64,000 nt of DNA from an uncultured Rhodobiaceae bacterium (lineage in GTDB: Archaea; Thermoplasmatota; Poseidoniia; Poseidoniales; Poseidoniaceae). The translations under genes and the position numbers were made by a program. The first letter of the stretch is position 1. Each line of letters begins with the position of its first letter. The notes under the pieces are model-generated. The model made no database searches. It was not told where the DNA came from and saw only the letters and a list, made by a program, of their open reading frames with translations. The DNA is taken from positions 185 to 64,184 of the forward strand of contig CALDQY010000189.1 of assembly GCA_937911445.1 (NCBI GenBank). Direction: 5' to 3'. This document shows positions 9,866 through 19,842 of the stretch, in pieces.

Positions 9866-10785
9866 GTTAACACTCCATCGTTTGTGAGCATCCAAAGTTG
9901 CTCATCCTTGACCAAATGCTGAACAACGACCTCGTTCTGGTTTGTTGTTTGAACACTGTTTTGCCTCAACTCAATTTCCTCTCTCCAACCAGATAGAATC
10001 CACCTATCGTTCGTATGGAGTGCGTGTTGAACTGGCCCCTTTGTGGCAAGGTCAGCCACTTTTTCTCCTGTTCTGTAAAGGCAACAACGCCCATCGTTCA
10101 ATAAAAGGAGCCGTTCAGTTTCTGTTCCATGCACTTCTGAGAGAGCGCCCTCAATGTCAAAGTAGGAACTACCAATCTTACTTCCATCTTCTTTTGAAAG
10201 CCGCAAACATCCTCCCGCTCTTGACCACACTTCGATGGTCGTGGCAGTCTCATGGACAGAAACCGTCTCTTGGCTCATTGGTAGATGAGCGAGGTCAGGC
10301 CACTCTGGAGGCGGTGCCCTCCAGCGTTCCACTCCAGTGACATCAAAACCGTACACTCCACGATTCCAAAGAACGAACACAAACCCATCATCCATACTGC
10401 CTAAAGCAAGAGGCTCTGCATCGAGTACGTGAGCCCATGTTGCCCCCTCAGGTAGAATCGCATGCTCAAGGTTTCGAGCGACTCGTAAATCTCCACGTTC
10501 CACGCCGTCTCTAAATGGTCGATTGAGTGGCAAACACCCCATTCTTGCTAGTAACAATTCACGATCAATCCATGTTGCAATAAGGACATCTCCAACCACA
10601 ATCGCATGCTGGATGGACATTGGAAATGGGCGAGCATGTTGTTCGAGTGGATTCCAATTTTCATCAAGACGGCAGAGTTCTCCATCAACTCCTATGGCTA
10701 CAGCATAGACACCCTCTACATCGGGTGTTTCAATCAATTTGATTGTTCGGAACGGAAGGTTAGTTGAGTTTTCACCTTCGGCCAT
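9844..10785 (-). CDS. Hypothetical protein, possibly a beta-propeller
   Basis: Long ORF with beta-rich repeating pattern; ATG 10785 chosen to avoid overlap with dtdA. Confidence 0.6.
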   Translation of the reverse strand: MAEGENSTNLPFRTIKLIETPDVEGVYAVAIGVDGELCRLDENWNPLEQHARPFPMSIQHAIVVGDVLIATWIDRELLLARMGCLPLNRPFRDGVERGDLRVARNLEHAILPEGATWAHVLDAEPLALGSMDDGFVFVLWNRGVYGFDVTGVERWRAPPPEWPDLAHLPMSQETVSVHETATTIEVWSRAGGCLRLSKEDGSKIGSSYFDIEGALSEVHGTETERLLLLNDGRCCLYRTGEKVADLATKGPVQHALHTNDRWILSGWREEIELRQNSVQTTNQNEVVVQHLVKDEQLWMLTNDGVLTHSFLTE

Positions 10786-10852
10786 GAGTATTCGAGTGAG
10801 GGGTTCCTTGTCAATACTCGCTTTCAAGAAGTCCACCCACCTCGGCCAGAAC

Positions 10853-11809
10853 ATGTCCGACGTTGTTCTGATTGCAGTGAACAGCGATGATATTGCTTCT
10901 ACCAATCAAGCGAAGTTTCTTCTCGAAAACCATCAGTGGTCGGAATGTGACGTTGTGGAATCTCAACCAGCGTTTGCGATAGGTAATGTCCGCATGTGGT
11001 TTTTACCAGAACGAATACTTTGGGAGGACCATCTCGACCGACGCTGGAATGATGCTACCAAGGAAACAGTGCGTGAAGTCATTTTTCCATCAAGACATGC
11101 TGCAGTAAGTGGAAAACCATGTCTTACATTGCATCCAATTGGCGTACCTCACCACCCACTCGGAGAGGAACCACCATTCGGTGGTCGTTCAGGTTTTGCT
11201 CCTCCTCCGAACCCTCGTATCGCACCTTGGTGGAGGCTTCTTCATCAAAAGTGGGAAGAGGATGCCATTCCTGATTTCTCACTCTCACTTGAAGTGACAC
11301 ATCATGGTCCAATCCTCGATGTACCAGCACTGTTCATTGAGGTTGGTTCAACAGAAAAATACTGGCCGAATGAGGAAGCTGCTTTACTCCTTTCAGAGGT
11401 GATTGCAGAAGGTCTCGGCTTTCGAGATGGATTCACGAATGAATGTTGGAGTTCAAGACATGTTGGAGAACCAGTTCTTGTGACTCTTGGAGGTGGACAT
11501 TACGCCCCGAAGGCGAACAAATTAGGTTTGGAAAACAACGTATGGATTGGACATATGCTAGCGAATCATTCCTTGCCGTTCGGTTCACAAGACGATCCAG
11601 GTATTCTTTGGAAACAATCGATTGATGCAGCACTTGCATCTACTAAATTGGCATTTCCAGGTGGAGTCATCGTCTGCAACATTGAAAAGAAATCGTTCAA
11701 AGGCTGGCAACGCCAATTGATCTACAGTCATCTCGACTCCATCGGGGTCGAAGTTGTTCGAACCAATGCCTTCTTGGAAATGGTCAAAGGATGTCGTGAA
11801 GTCCGGTAG
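10853..11809 (+). CDS. dtdA: D-aminoacyl-tRNA deacylase (archaeal DtdA/DTD2)
   Basis: D.AS.N, IF.SRH...SG.P.LTLH, LEVTHHGP, FIEVGSTE, GGGHYAP. Confidence 0.9.
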   Translation: MSDVVLIAVNSDDIASTNQAKFLLENHQWSECDVVESQPAFAIGNVRMWFLPERILWEDHLDRRWNDATKETVREVIFPSRHAAVSGKPCLTLHPIGVPHHPLGEEPPFGGRSGFAPPPNPRIAPWWRLLHQKWEEDAIPDFSLSLEVTHHGPILDVPALFIEVGSTEKYWPNEEAALLLSEVIAEGLGFRDGFTNECWSSRHVGEPVLVTLGGGHYAPKANKLGLENNVWIGHMLANHSLPFGSQDDPGILWKQSIDAALASTKLAFPGGVIVCNIEKKSFKGWQRQLIYSHLDSIGVEVVRTNAFLEMVKGCREVR

Positions 11810-11826
11810 GGTAAGGAGGTTGGTTC

Positions 11827-12795
11827 ATGCTGTCAAAACTCATCGTCGCAATGACGCTACGTATGCCACGTTGGTTTGTACGTTGGGTTTCACGTCGCTA
11901 CGTTGCAGGATCAACTCTGGATGATGCAGTAACGGTCATGAAACGATTGGAGTCCGAGGGCGCATGCTTTACCATCGATGTTCTTGGTGAAGAAATCTCC
12001 TCTTTAGACGAAGCACAATTCTTCCTCGATGAATACGTTCGTGTCATGCAGGCAATTGTCGAAAACGACTTTGATGCCAACCTTTCGATTAAGCCGACGG
12101 CATTCGGATTGCTCATCGACAAGGACAAAGGCATGGAGAACATTGAATCCCTTGTCCGTCAAGCTGCCGAACATGATATGTTTGTCCGTTTAGATATGGA
12201 AGATCATCGTGTTACCACAGAAACCATTCAAGTTGTTCTCGATTTGCATGAGAAGGGCTTGACAAATGTCGGAACAGTCCTCCAAGGTCGTTTACATCGA
12301 ACACCAGATGACATCGGGGAAGTTGGTGAAGCCATCGGTCCACATGCTGATTACCGAATTTGCAAAGGAATCTATCTCGAACCTGAAGAGATCGCCTATA
12401 CAACACGAACAGATATCCGCAACAAAACCAATGACGCCATCAGGATGGCGTTGGAACACGGTGCCTATGTTGGAATTGCATCGCACGATGTCCCAGTTGT
12501 CGATTATTCCCTCGATGTTCTGAAGGAATTCAACATGGGTCCATCGATTGACGATCCGAGAAAAAACGCAGGAGCCCCGAGAAAAGGAAAGGGCCCGGGT
12601 TACGAATTCCAAATGCTGCTTGGCGTACGTGGCCCTATGCGACGAAGACTCACAAAGCAAGGACACCGTACTCGAGTCTACATTCCATACGGAGAAAAGT
12701 GGTATGAGTACAGCATACGGCGACTACAAGAAAATCCGACCATCGGATTGCAGATTGCCAAGGCATTTTTGATGCCTTGGACAAACCGTCCATAA
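11827..12795 (+). CDS. Proline dehydrogenase (monofunctional)
   Basis: RRYVAG, DVLGE, SIKPT, RLDMED, R.CKG.Y.E, ASHD, EFQMLLGVR, YIPYG..WY.YS.RRL.E.P. Confidence 0.92.
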   Translation: MLSKLIVAMTLRMPRWFVRWVSRRYVAGSTLDDAVTVMKRLESEGACFTIDVLGEEISSLDEAQFFLDEYVRVMQAIVENDFDANLSIKPTAFGLLIDKDKGMENIESLVRQAAEHDMFVRLDMEDHRVTTETIQVVLDLHEKGLTNVGTVLQGRLHRTPDDIGEVGEAIGPHADYRICKGIYLEPEEIAYTTRTDIRNKTNDAIRMALEHGAYVGIASHDVPVVDYSLDVLKEFNMGPSIDDPRKNAGAPRKGKGPGYEFQMLLGVRGPMRRRLTKQGHRTRVYIPYGEKWYEYSIRRLQENPTIGLQIAKAFLMPWTNRP

Positions 12796-13566
12796 TCACT
12801 TTCGGGCCTTTTTCTTCTTGCGCTTGTTTGACGGTTTGACTCGCTTCTTGATTTGCTCTTTTGGCAAGATTGGATTTGGATTGAAACCAAGGCGACCCTC
12901 TTTCCAGGCTTGACGTCGCTCTCTTGGCGTCTTTGGTTCGAATCGTTCTGGTCTTGGTGGTTCATGCAAATACATTCTCTTAATGTTGGACGCATCGACT
13001 GTGCCTCGTAATGTCCGTCCTTCACCTGTATGGATTGCACGAATGCGCCATGTCTGGACGCCAATGTCGAGCAGTGTTCCTGCTTTGAAAGACGTACCTT
13101 CTTCCACGATGAGTACATCAGGTGTTGAGAATTCGCCTCGAGTCTTCGTGATTTTGACTCGAAGCATATCTTGACGCAACGCAACTGCTCGAACAAGATT
13201 GCTGGCCTCGATTTCCTCAACTGATCCTTTTTCAGATTCGAGTCGAGTTATTCTCCAAGCCATTTCATCGTGTTCGAAAACATCGTTGAGTTCCAACCAT
13301 TCATCAGCGTCGAGATCGATTGTCGCCATGTATGATTCAGGACCATCGGTTAGCATGAACGGTACACGCTTCAACGGAGGTGCTCGGAATTGAATTTCAT
13401 GAACGGTGGAACATGCCTCACATCGCAACAAGTAATCCTTGCCTCGGCCGATTTCTTTTTCCTTGAGAATTTGGTGACCTGTCACATCTTCGCAATTAGG
13501 ACAAAGAACAGCGTTTTCGATGACCTCGTCGTCATCGAAGTCGTCTTCATAGAATTCGTCATCCAT
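12796..13566 (-). CDS. HVO_0476-family zinc-finger protein
   Basis: N-terminal CPNC...H.ILK...RCEAC..VH ribbon followed by ITRLE and a basic tail, typical of this archaeal family. Confidence 0.75.
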   Translation of the reverse strand: MDDEFYEDDFDDDEVIENAVLCPNCEDVTGHQILKEKEIGRGKDYLLRCEACSTVHEIQFRAPPLKRVPFMLTDGPESYMATIDLDADEWLELNDVFEHDEMAWRITRLESEKGSVEEIEASNLVRAVALRQDMLRVKITKTRGEFSTPDVLIVEEGTSFKAGTLLDIGVQTWRIRAIHTGEGRTLRGTVDASNIKRMYLHEPPRPERFEPKTPRERRQAWKEGRLGFNPNPILPKEQIKKRVKPSNKRKKKKARK

Positions 13567-13660
13567 GCTTCTCAGGTTGCTCTCGAAGCATGCCCCCTTT
13601 GAATCCACCGCATGTGGTACCGTCACAGTCTTCAAAACAAGCCGCTGTTGTGGTCTTTCC

Positions 13661-14377
13661 ATGAGCGAGGTTGGGCGTGACCAAGTTTTACCCACGCTCT
13701 TGAATGCAGATCATGGTCGTTCCCGTGACGAACCTGAAATCGCAGCGAACATTGCTACACAACTGGAGCACATGGGATTGTCAACATGGTCAATTTCTGT
13801 CTTGCGTCGATTGCGTGATGCCATTGGCCGCCAAGAACCAGACCGAGTTCTCGAAGTTGGAGGAAGTATCGGACATCGCTCTGCATGGTTGTACGACTTG
13901 TTTGCTGAACGTCCAGTCTCTCGTTTCGATATCATCGAACAAGGAGCAAAATTTGGGGTCATTCTCCATCGACTTCAAACACGATACGATGCATCATCGT
14001 GGTCAAACATCATTGTCAATGACTTTGCGACTCTGTGTGCTGAAGAAAAAGCTTGGAAACTAACAACTGCTTCCGGAGTAGGTGCCGATGAACGTCGCCT
14101 TTCCGAAGCCTACGATGCAATCATTGTTGACGCACCTCTCAGTCGATTAGCTAATGATTTGCAACATGCTATGGGTTTGCTTTCCAACAACGGTGTTCTC
14201 TACACAACGGAACCAGAAACACCTGTCGGAGAGTACGATGAACTTGATGATGATGGGAAAGCGAAGGTCGATGGATTCAATGCATGGATTAAATTCGTGC
14301 AAGAATCTCAACCGAACTATCACATGGCTTTTGTCCCGCTCTTCGGTGGGACCATTGTTGCCTTCTTCAAGCGGTAG
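13661..14377 (+). CDS. Class I SAM-dependent methyltransferase-like protein
   Basis: Motif I VLEVGGSIG, acidic residue at the end of beta2 (DIIE), YDAIIVD, L...GVL. Confidence 0.65.
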   Translation: MSEVGRDQVLPTLLNADHGRSRDEPEIAANIATQLEHMGLSTWSISVLRRLRDAIGRQEPDRVLEVGGSIGHRSAWLYDLFAERPVSRFDIIEQGAKFGVILHRLQTRYDASSWSNIIVNDFATLCAEEKAWKLTTASGVGADERRLSEAYDAIIVDAPLSRLANDLQHAMGLLSNNGVLYTTEPETPVGEYDELDDDGKAKVDGFNAWIKFVQESQPNYHMAFVPLFGGTIVAFFKR

Positions 14378-15506
14378 ATTGTTGTCCAGCTAATTCTAAG
14401 AGGGCCTCAATATCGAGCAAACCGTATCCATAGTCGTCATCATGATCAGACTGCCCGTCCTGTGGTTGAACGGATTGCATAATCCAGTCTTTGACCTCAT
14501 CAATGGTTGAAACATCTCCTGATGTTCCATTGCTCGCAAGTTCGGGGTGGGCCTCGAGCAGTATGGCTATGGCACCTGTAACATAAACCGTGGCAGCACT
14601 GGTGCCGCTGGATGAGGACCATGTTCCTTGTGTGTTGAGAACGGGTACGTCTTTTGCAGGTGCGACCAGTTCAGGTTTCTTATCTGGGTCGCCACGTGGC
14701 AACTTGAACGGTAGTGCACTGAACCCGTTGTTTCCTGTTGAAGACTTTGCCCAATGATCTCCCGATAGGGTTACGCCTCCAACACATATCACGCGACGTT
14801 CACTCCCGGGTGAAGCAACATCCCCATCGTCATTTTCACCACCATCATTACCTGCGGCTGCCACAACAAATATTCCACGAGCAGTAGCATCGTTTACTGA
14901 GTCTTCAATGGTCCTGCCATTTGAACTTGGTAACGGAAACAAATCTTGCCCCCCACCCAACGAGAGGGAGATGATGCTCACGTTTTGACCGATGCACCAA
15001 TCGATTCCTGCCACGACGTCTTCCTCATATCCAGACCCATTGGCAAGCAGTGCTTTGGCAACGTAGAGGTTCACGTCTTTTGCGATTCCGTTAATCCAAC
15101 CATTTGCCACGAGGATTCCTGCCATGTTCGTCCCATGACCATGATCGTCGTATGGATTGGATTTACCTTGAACAATATCAACCCACGCTGCCACATCAAA
15201 ACCTTCCAAATCTGGGTGATTCAATTCCATACCCGTGTCGACAATGCACACATTGACTCCAGAGCCAGAATAACCGCTTGGAAGGTTGATGAGTTCTCTG
15301 TAGGTTTGTTCAGATTCAATCAGAGCATCGCTCGGTTTGACAAATGTCAGTCCATCACCTGCGATGATGTTGTAAGCAAAGCCTGCTACCAGGATGAGAA
15401 GTACGGCAGTGGCAACGCTCACAATGCGTCGAACGATTTCAAGGTCCCTTTCCAGTTGCGGAGATAGGCCCTCGTCTTTTGCATCTGTATCATGATTCCC
15501 TGTCAC
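14367..15506 (-). CDS. Subtilisin-like S8 serine peptidase with N-terminal membrane anchor
   Basis: Triad IVDTG / HGHGT / SGTSAAT; AAAGN oxyanion hole; YGYGL. Confidence 0.92.
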   Translation of the reverse strand: MTGNHDTDAKDEGLSPQLERDLEIVRRIVSVATAVLLILVAGFAYNIIAGDGLTFVKPSDALIESEQTYRELINLPSGYSGSGVNVCIVDTGMELNHPDLEGFDVAAWVDIVQGKSNPYDDHGHGTNMAGILVANGWINGIAKDVNLYVAKALLANGSGYEEDVVAGIDWCIGQNVSIISLSLGGGQDLFPLPSSNGRTIEDSVNDATARGIFVVAAAGNDGGENDDGDVASPGSERRVICVGGVTLSGDHWAKSSTGNNGFSALPFKLPRGDPDKKPELVAPAKDVPVLNTQGTWSSSSGTSAATVYVTGAIAILLEAHPELASNGTSGDVSTIDEVKDWIMQSVQPQDGQSDHDDDYGYGLLDIEALLELAGQQSTA

Positions 15507-15515
15507 GACAACCCC

Positions 15516-16739
15516 TCACTGAAATGCCTGAACTGCTTCTGAAAACGTATCGACAAAACGCTTGACGTCCTCCTCAGTGTTGTAGAAATAAGCAGAGGCT
15601 CTCAATGAGCCATTGTACCCTCTGTCATTGAACCAAGAATGAACACAGTGCTGGCCAGATCGAACCATGACGCCCGATACCTCGTCAAGAAGCAATGCGA
15701 TGTCATGTGCGGGAAGCTTTTCATCAAGAAGCAATGAACAGATTCCTCCACGTTTGGATGCATCTTCTGGGCCTATGATTGAAACACCATCCAAATCTTT
15801 GACTCCATCTGACATAATTCTGTTCAAATGAATCTCATGTTCGTGTATTTGTTCCATATCGAGACTTGTTAGGTAATCAATGGCAGCTCCGGTCGCCATC
15901 ATGCCTGCAAAATGACCGAGGCCACCCTCAAACTTGGAAGGTGTTGTGGCCCATTCAACACCATCATAGTGAGAAGTCTTGACCGTCTGTCCTCCAGATT
16001 GTATGGTGCGCATGGAATTGAGCAACTCCTCTCTACCCCAAAGACCTCCCATTCCTGACGGTCCGAGCATTTTGTGAATTGAAAACGCAAAGAAATCGAT
16101 GCCCATCTCTTGCACATCGACCGGCATGTGTGGAGCAGATTGAGCACCGTCAACACAGACAAGGGCGTCAAAATCTCTCGCAATTTTTGTGATTTCCCGG
16201 ATTGGAATTTCGATTCCATCGAGATTACCAACTTGGCTAACAGAAACCATTCTCAACTTACTACCTGCTTCTGCGCACATGTGTTCAAAGGCTTCGATAT
16301 CGAACGTGTTGTCCTCATGTGAAGTCACGACGCGATGGTCGATACCCTGCTCTTCTTCGAGTTGGAGCCAAGGGACAAGATTCGAGTTGTGTTCTCTATC
16401 TGTTGTGAGAACAACATCTCCTTTTTGCCATGACAATCCCTTTGCGACTTGATTGAGGCTATGGGTTGCATTACGTGTGAAGACGATTTCATTCTCGGAT
16501 GGTGCGTTGAAAAACTGACCGAGTGTTCTCCTGGAATGTGCGATAGTTTTCGAAACAGTTGTACCAAATCGGTGAACTGAACGGCCTCCACAGCCTGGCG
16601 TTTTTGTGTAATAGTCTGAAATTGCATTGATAACGGAATGTGGCCGTAGAGTGACGCATGCATTGTCAAGATAGGCAACAGGTTGCTCCTCACACAATGC
16701 TGGGAAATCTTCGCGTCGTTTTGCTAAATCCATCACCAT
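15516..16739 (-). CDS. sufS: SufS-like cysteine desulfurase (class V PLP enzyme)
   Basis: YLDNA, EHNSNLVPW, VDGAQS, FSIHKMLGP, RSGQHC, RASAYFYNT. Confidence 0.85.
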   Translation of the reverse strand: MVMDLAKRREDFPALCEEQPVAYLDNACVTLRPHSVINAISDYYTKTPGCGGRSVHRFGTTVSKTIAHSRRTLGQFFNAPSENEIVFTRNATHSLNQVAKGLSWQKGDVVLTTDREHNSNLVPWLQLEEEQGIDHRVVTSHEDNTFDIEAFEHMCAEAGSKLRMVSVSQVGNLDGIEIPIREITKIARDFDALVCVDGAQSAPHMPVDVQEMGIDFFAFSIHKMLGPSGMGGLWGREELLNSMRTIQSGGQTVKTSHYDGVEWATTPSKFEGGLGHFAGMMATGAAIDYLTSLDMEQIHEHEIHLNRIMSDGVKDLDGVSIIGPEDASKRGGICSLLLDEKLPAHDIALLLDEVSGVMVRSGQHCVHSWFNDRGYNGSLRASAYFYNTEEDVKRFVDTFSEAVQAFQ

Positions 16740-17653
16740 GCCTCCTGATCGGGAGAAACTTCGAGAATCTTTGCTTTGCTCATGAGATCCTCATCTGCAG
16801 AAACAGCCGCCTTCGTTCGGACACGTGCTTCATTGCCAAGCATTCTCTGTGGGAACCAAACGGTCCACAATAGTAGTGGAATCGTCAGAATCGAGAAGAG
16901 AATGTGGAGCGTCAAAGCCCATGTTCGTGATCCTGTGCGTTCAGCGATGTATTGTGCGCCAGTCCAAGCGCTGAGCACGGCTAAAGTGGCCCAAGTTCCG
17001 CACACCAACGCCCATCCTCGCAACGAATGCTCAAGCATTGATTCTTCCATCACCCGAACATCTTCGTGCAAGTGGTGAGTCTCAACATGCAGGTCCCTTG
17101 TTTCACGCACTGCTTTGATGAAGAAGTAGAGGAAGAAAATGCACACTAACGTGATGAGGAACCCACCCATCATGTCTGATAGCGAAAGTCCAACAGGGAA
17201 GTTCTTGTTCGTTGAGTGGAAGAAAACCTGAGCTATTCCGAATCCTGCCCAAATCATCAGCAATGTGATTGTATGTGTCCGCATAATTGGGAACATTTGG
17301 ATGAGCATGAACAGGAACCATCCCCAAATCAGTATGGAAATAACCATCTGAAAGTAGGCCGTACTTCCAGCGATTTGAAGGCCTTCCAAACCTGCAATTT
17401 TCGCATTCCCTCCATCAAAGATATCCGCATTGAGAGCGCCGAGAAGAATCGCAAGCACTGCTGACAGAATTGCAATCGTAAATTGCGGATTCCAATCGGT
17501 ACGAATCAATTTCAACTGGAACATCAACTCTTGACGGATTTGTGGTATGAGTGGATGGAAATCGAAGAACTTCGGTTCAACTTTGACATCATTCAACCTG
17601 AATGGAAGTGCATCGTGAGATGCGTCATGGGTTGCTGACTCCCCACCGTCCAT
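16733..17653 (-). CDS. Hypothetical integral membrane protein (~6 TM)
   Basis: Several hydrophobic helices; SD GGGGTGA before the ATG. Confidence 0.7.
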   Translation of the reverse strand: MDGGESATHDASHDALPFRLNDVKVEPKFFDFHPLIPQIRQELMFQLKLIRTDWNPQFTIAILSAVLAILLGALNADIFDGGNAKIAGLEGLQIAGSTAYFQMVISILIWGWFLFMLIQMFPIMRTHTITLLMIWAGFGIAQVFFHSTNKNFPVGLSLSDMMGGFLITLVCIFFLYFFIKAVRETRDLHVETHHLHEDVRVMEESMLEHSLRGWALVCGTWATLAVLSAWTGAQYIAERTGSRTWALTLHILFSILTIPLLLWTVWFPQRMLGNEARVRTKAAVSADEDLMSKAKILEVSPDQEAW

Positions 17654-17746
17654 GTCACCCCGTGAACGTCCCCCTTTGAGGTTCTTGCGTTCCTACATTG
17701 ACAAGCGAGAGCGTTAAACCCTGATGACGATTGGACAGAATTGCGA

Positions 17747-17832
17747 GCCGAGATCGCATAGCCTGGTAGTGCGCGCGACTGGAAATCGCGTGGGCCTGTC
17801 CCTCGGGAGTTCAAATCTCTCTCTCGGCGCCA
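17747..17832 (+). tRNA. tRNA-Ser(GGA)
   Basis: Acceptor stem GCCGAGA/TCTCGGC, anticodon arm CGCGA-CTGGAAA-TCGCG, long variable arm, GTTCAAATC T-loop, encoded CCA. Confidence 0.95.
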
Positions 17833-17904
17833 ATTCACATCCCTCTCGCCTGTTTTTGGAAGACGCGAAGCGGTTATATCGAAATGCTTGGTGGCATGGA
17901 CGCC

Positions 17905-17979
17905 GCCACCGTGGCTTAGTGGTATAGCACCTCATTGGTAATGAGGAGGTCGCGAGTTCGATCCTCGCCGGTGGCTCCA
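17905..17979 (+). tRNA. tRNA-Thr(GGT)
   Basis: Acceptor stem GCCACCG/CGGTGGC, anticodon arm CCTCA-TTGGTAA-TGAGG, GTTCGATC T-loop, encoded CCA. Confidence 0.95.
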
Positions 17980-18079
17980 CCATCAAATCGACTTTTGATC
18001 GTCTTTTGCTCGGTAAACATTAAGAGTTGTCGGGATTGAATTCGTTGTGAAGAAGGGGACTTCTTCGGATGGGAAATAC

Positions 18080-18262
18080 ATGAGCACTACTACTGAAAAG
18101 AAGAACGATACGAAGGCACGCATCAAAGAACTGCAAACCCAAGTCGACGATTTGAAAGAACTTGTCAACACACTACTCTCTGTCATTGTTGAAGAACCAG
18201 ATGGTGTTCACAGCGGTTCTGCACCAACAGGCGGGCATCCACTCGCCAACACCTGCATGTGA
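18080..18262 (+). CDS. Small coiled-coil hypothetical protein (60 aa)
   Basis: Heptad pattern ARIKELQTQVDDLKELVNTLL; fills the gap up to the rtcB stop. Confidence 0.6.
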   Translation: MSTTTEKKNDTKARIKELQTQVDDLKELVNTLLSVIVEEPDGVHSGSAPTGGHPLANTCM

Positions 18263-19738
18263 TCAACCTTTGATGACGGCCATTGGCTCGAGGCGTAAAA
18301 CCGGACGTGCAAGGTTTGCTCGGCTTGTATTTTCGATGACTTGATCCACATTCTTGTATGCTTCTGGAGCTTCCTCGGAAAGAATATTCTTTGTTGCAGC
18401 TTGTACAACAATTCCTTTGTTGCGAAGTTCGTTTTCCTTCTGTTCAGCGTTGATTTGTTTCCTTGCAGCTGAGCGGGATAATGCTCTTCCTGCTCCATGA
18501 CAAGCACTCCCGAATGCTTGGTTTTGTTGTGTTCTTGGCCCTGCCATCAGCCATGAGCCGCGACCCATATCACCAGGAACAACCACAGGTTGGCCCGTAT
18601 CCGAAAAGGATGCATGAACATCGGGTTGATTGCCACTAAACGCTCTTGTTGCACCCTTCCTGTGTACGACACATGTGCAGTTTTTTCCGTGAATGACATG
18701 GTCTTCAATTTTGGCGATGTTATGCGATACATCGTAGAGGGTTGACAATTCGACTTCTTCCCCGAGTTCAGCCTTCAAACCCTTGAACAAACGGTCCGTA
18801 AGGACAGCACGATTCGTAAAGGCAAAATTGGCTGCGGTTTTCATATCATTGAGATAGGCTTGACCTTGCTTGGAATGGATTGGTGCAGATGCGAGTTGAC
18901 GATCGGGTAAAACGTAACCCCATTCCTCATCAATCCAATCGTTTCCTCGTTGCTTAAGTCGCAATTCCAACTGGTGAATGTGGTCACTGCAAACTTGGTG
19001 GCCGAGTCCGCGGGAGCCAGAATGAATCATTGCTACAACCTGATTCTCAGAAAGATTCCAATGTTGCGCAGTCTCAACATCAACGATTTCTGAAACCCGT
19101 TGTAGTTCGAGGAAATGGTTGCCACTTCCAAGCGTACCGAGTGCCTTCATGCCTCTTTGTTTTGCTCGATGACTGATGGATAACTCGTCAACCTCAAACG
19201 AACCATTCGACTCGACTGTGCCTGTAGCATGATGTTGTTCAACATCGATGGATTCAAGTTCACTCAATCCTCCACGTAAAATCAGATTCAGCTTGGATTC
19301 TGACAAGTCAATACCTCCTTTGCCTGAACCACCAGCAGGTATTCTGCCGTTCAAACGACGTGCCAATTTTTCGAGGTTCGGGATGTCGTCCGCTTCTAAA
19401 TTAAGAGCAACAGCTCGTACACCACAATTGATGTCAAAACCAACAGCACCAGGAGAAATTGCACCGCCCTGTTCGCCATGTTCGACATTGGTTGCCACAA
19501 CGCCTCCGATGGGAAGACCATACCCATAATGCCAATCGGCCATGCCCCAAGCGGTTCCAACCACACCGGGAAGTTCCGTTGCATTCATCAGTTGAATTGG
19601 CCCACGTCCGTCTTGATAATTTTCGATTTCTTCCATGGTTGAGATGATGGCTGCATCAACTTTCATTCGGTTGTGCGCTTTGATTCGAACAACACCCGGC
19701 GACGACAAGTCGACGTGCTTGGTCCAATCAGCAGCCAT
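18263..19738 (-). CDS. rtcB: RtcB RNA ligase
   Basis: D.H.GYG.PIGGV, GFDINCG, GTLGSGNHF, HSGSRG, HNIAK, HRKGATRA, HGAGR. Confidence 0.95.
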   Translation of the reverse strand: MAADWTKHVDLSSPGVVRIKAHNRMKVDAAIISTMEEIENYQDGRGPIQLMNATELPGVVGTAWGMADWHYGYGLPIGGVVATNVEHGEQGGAISPGAVGFDINCGVRAVALNLEADDIPNLEKLARRLNGRIPAGGSGKGGIDLSESKLNLILRGGLSELESIDVEQHHATGTVESNGSFEVDELSISHRAKQRGMKALGTLGSGNHFLELQRVSEIVDVETAQHWNLSENQVVAMIHSGSRGLGHQVCSDHIHQLELRLKQRGNDWIDEEWGYVLPDRQLASAPIHSKQGQAYLNDMKTAANFAFTNRAVLTDRLFKGLKAELGEEVELSTLYDVSHNIAKIEDHVIHGKNCTCVVHRKGATRAFSGNQPDVHASFSDTGQPVVVPGDMGRGSWLMAGPRTQQNQAFGSACHGAGRALSRSAARKQINAEQKENELRNKGIVVQAATKNILSEEAPEAYKNVDQVIENTSRANLARPVLRLEPMAVIKG

Positions 19739-19842
19739 GGTTGTCGTTCAACCTCTTTCTTTTGATGATTTCCACTTTTGCACACCAAATAAAGGGAGGG
19801 TTGAAAGGACGGAATACCCCCCGCAGAAATGGAGGCGTTCCA

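Noticed and set aside
17747-18262. tRNA-anchored integrative element
   Set aside because: No integrase, and no duplicated tRNA 3' end was noticed; flanking genes are housekeeping
19766-19780. TTTCCACTTTTG between rtcB and alaS as a third damage box
   Set aside because: It has two differences from the shared 10-mer and lies in a T-rich context, which is too weak to call
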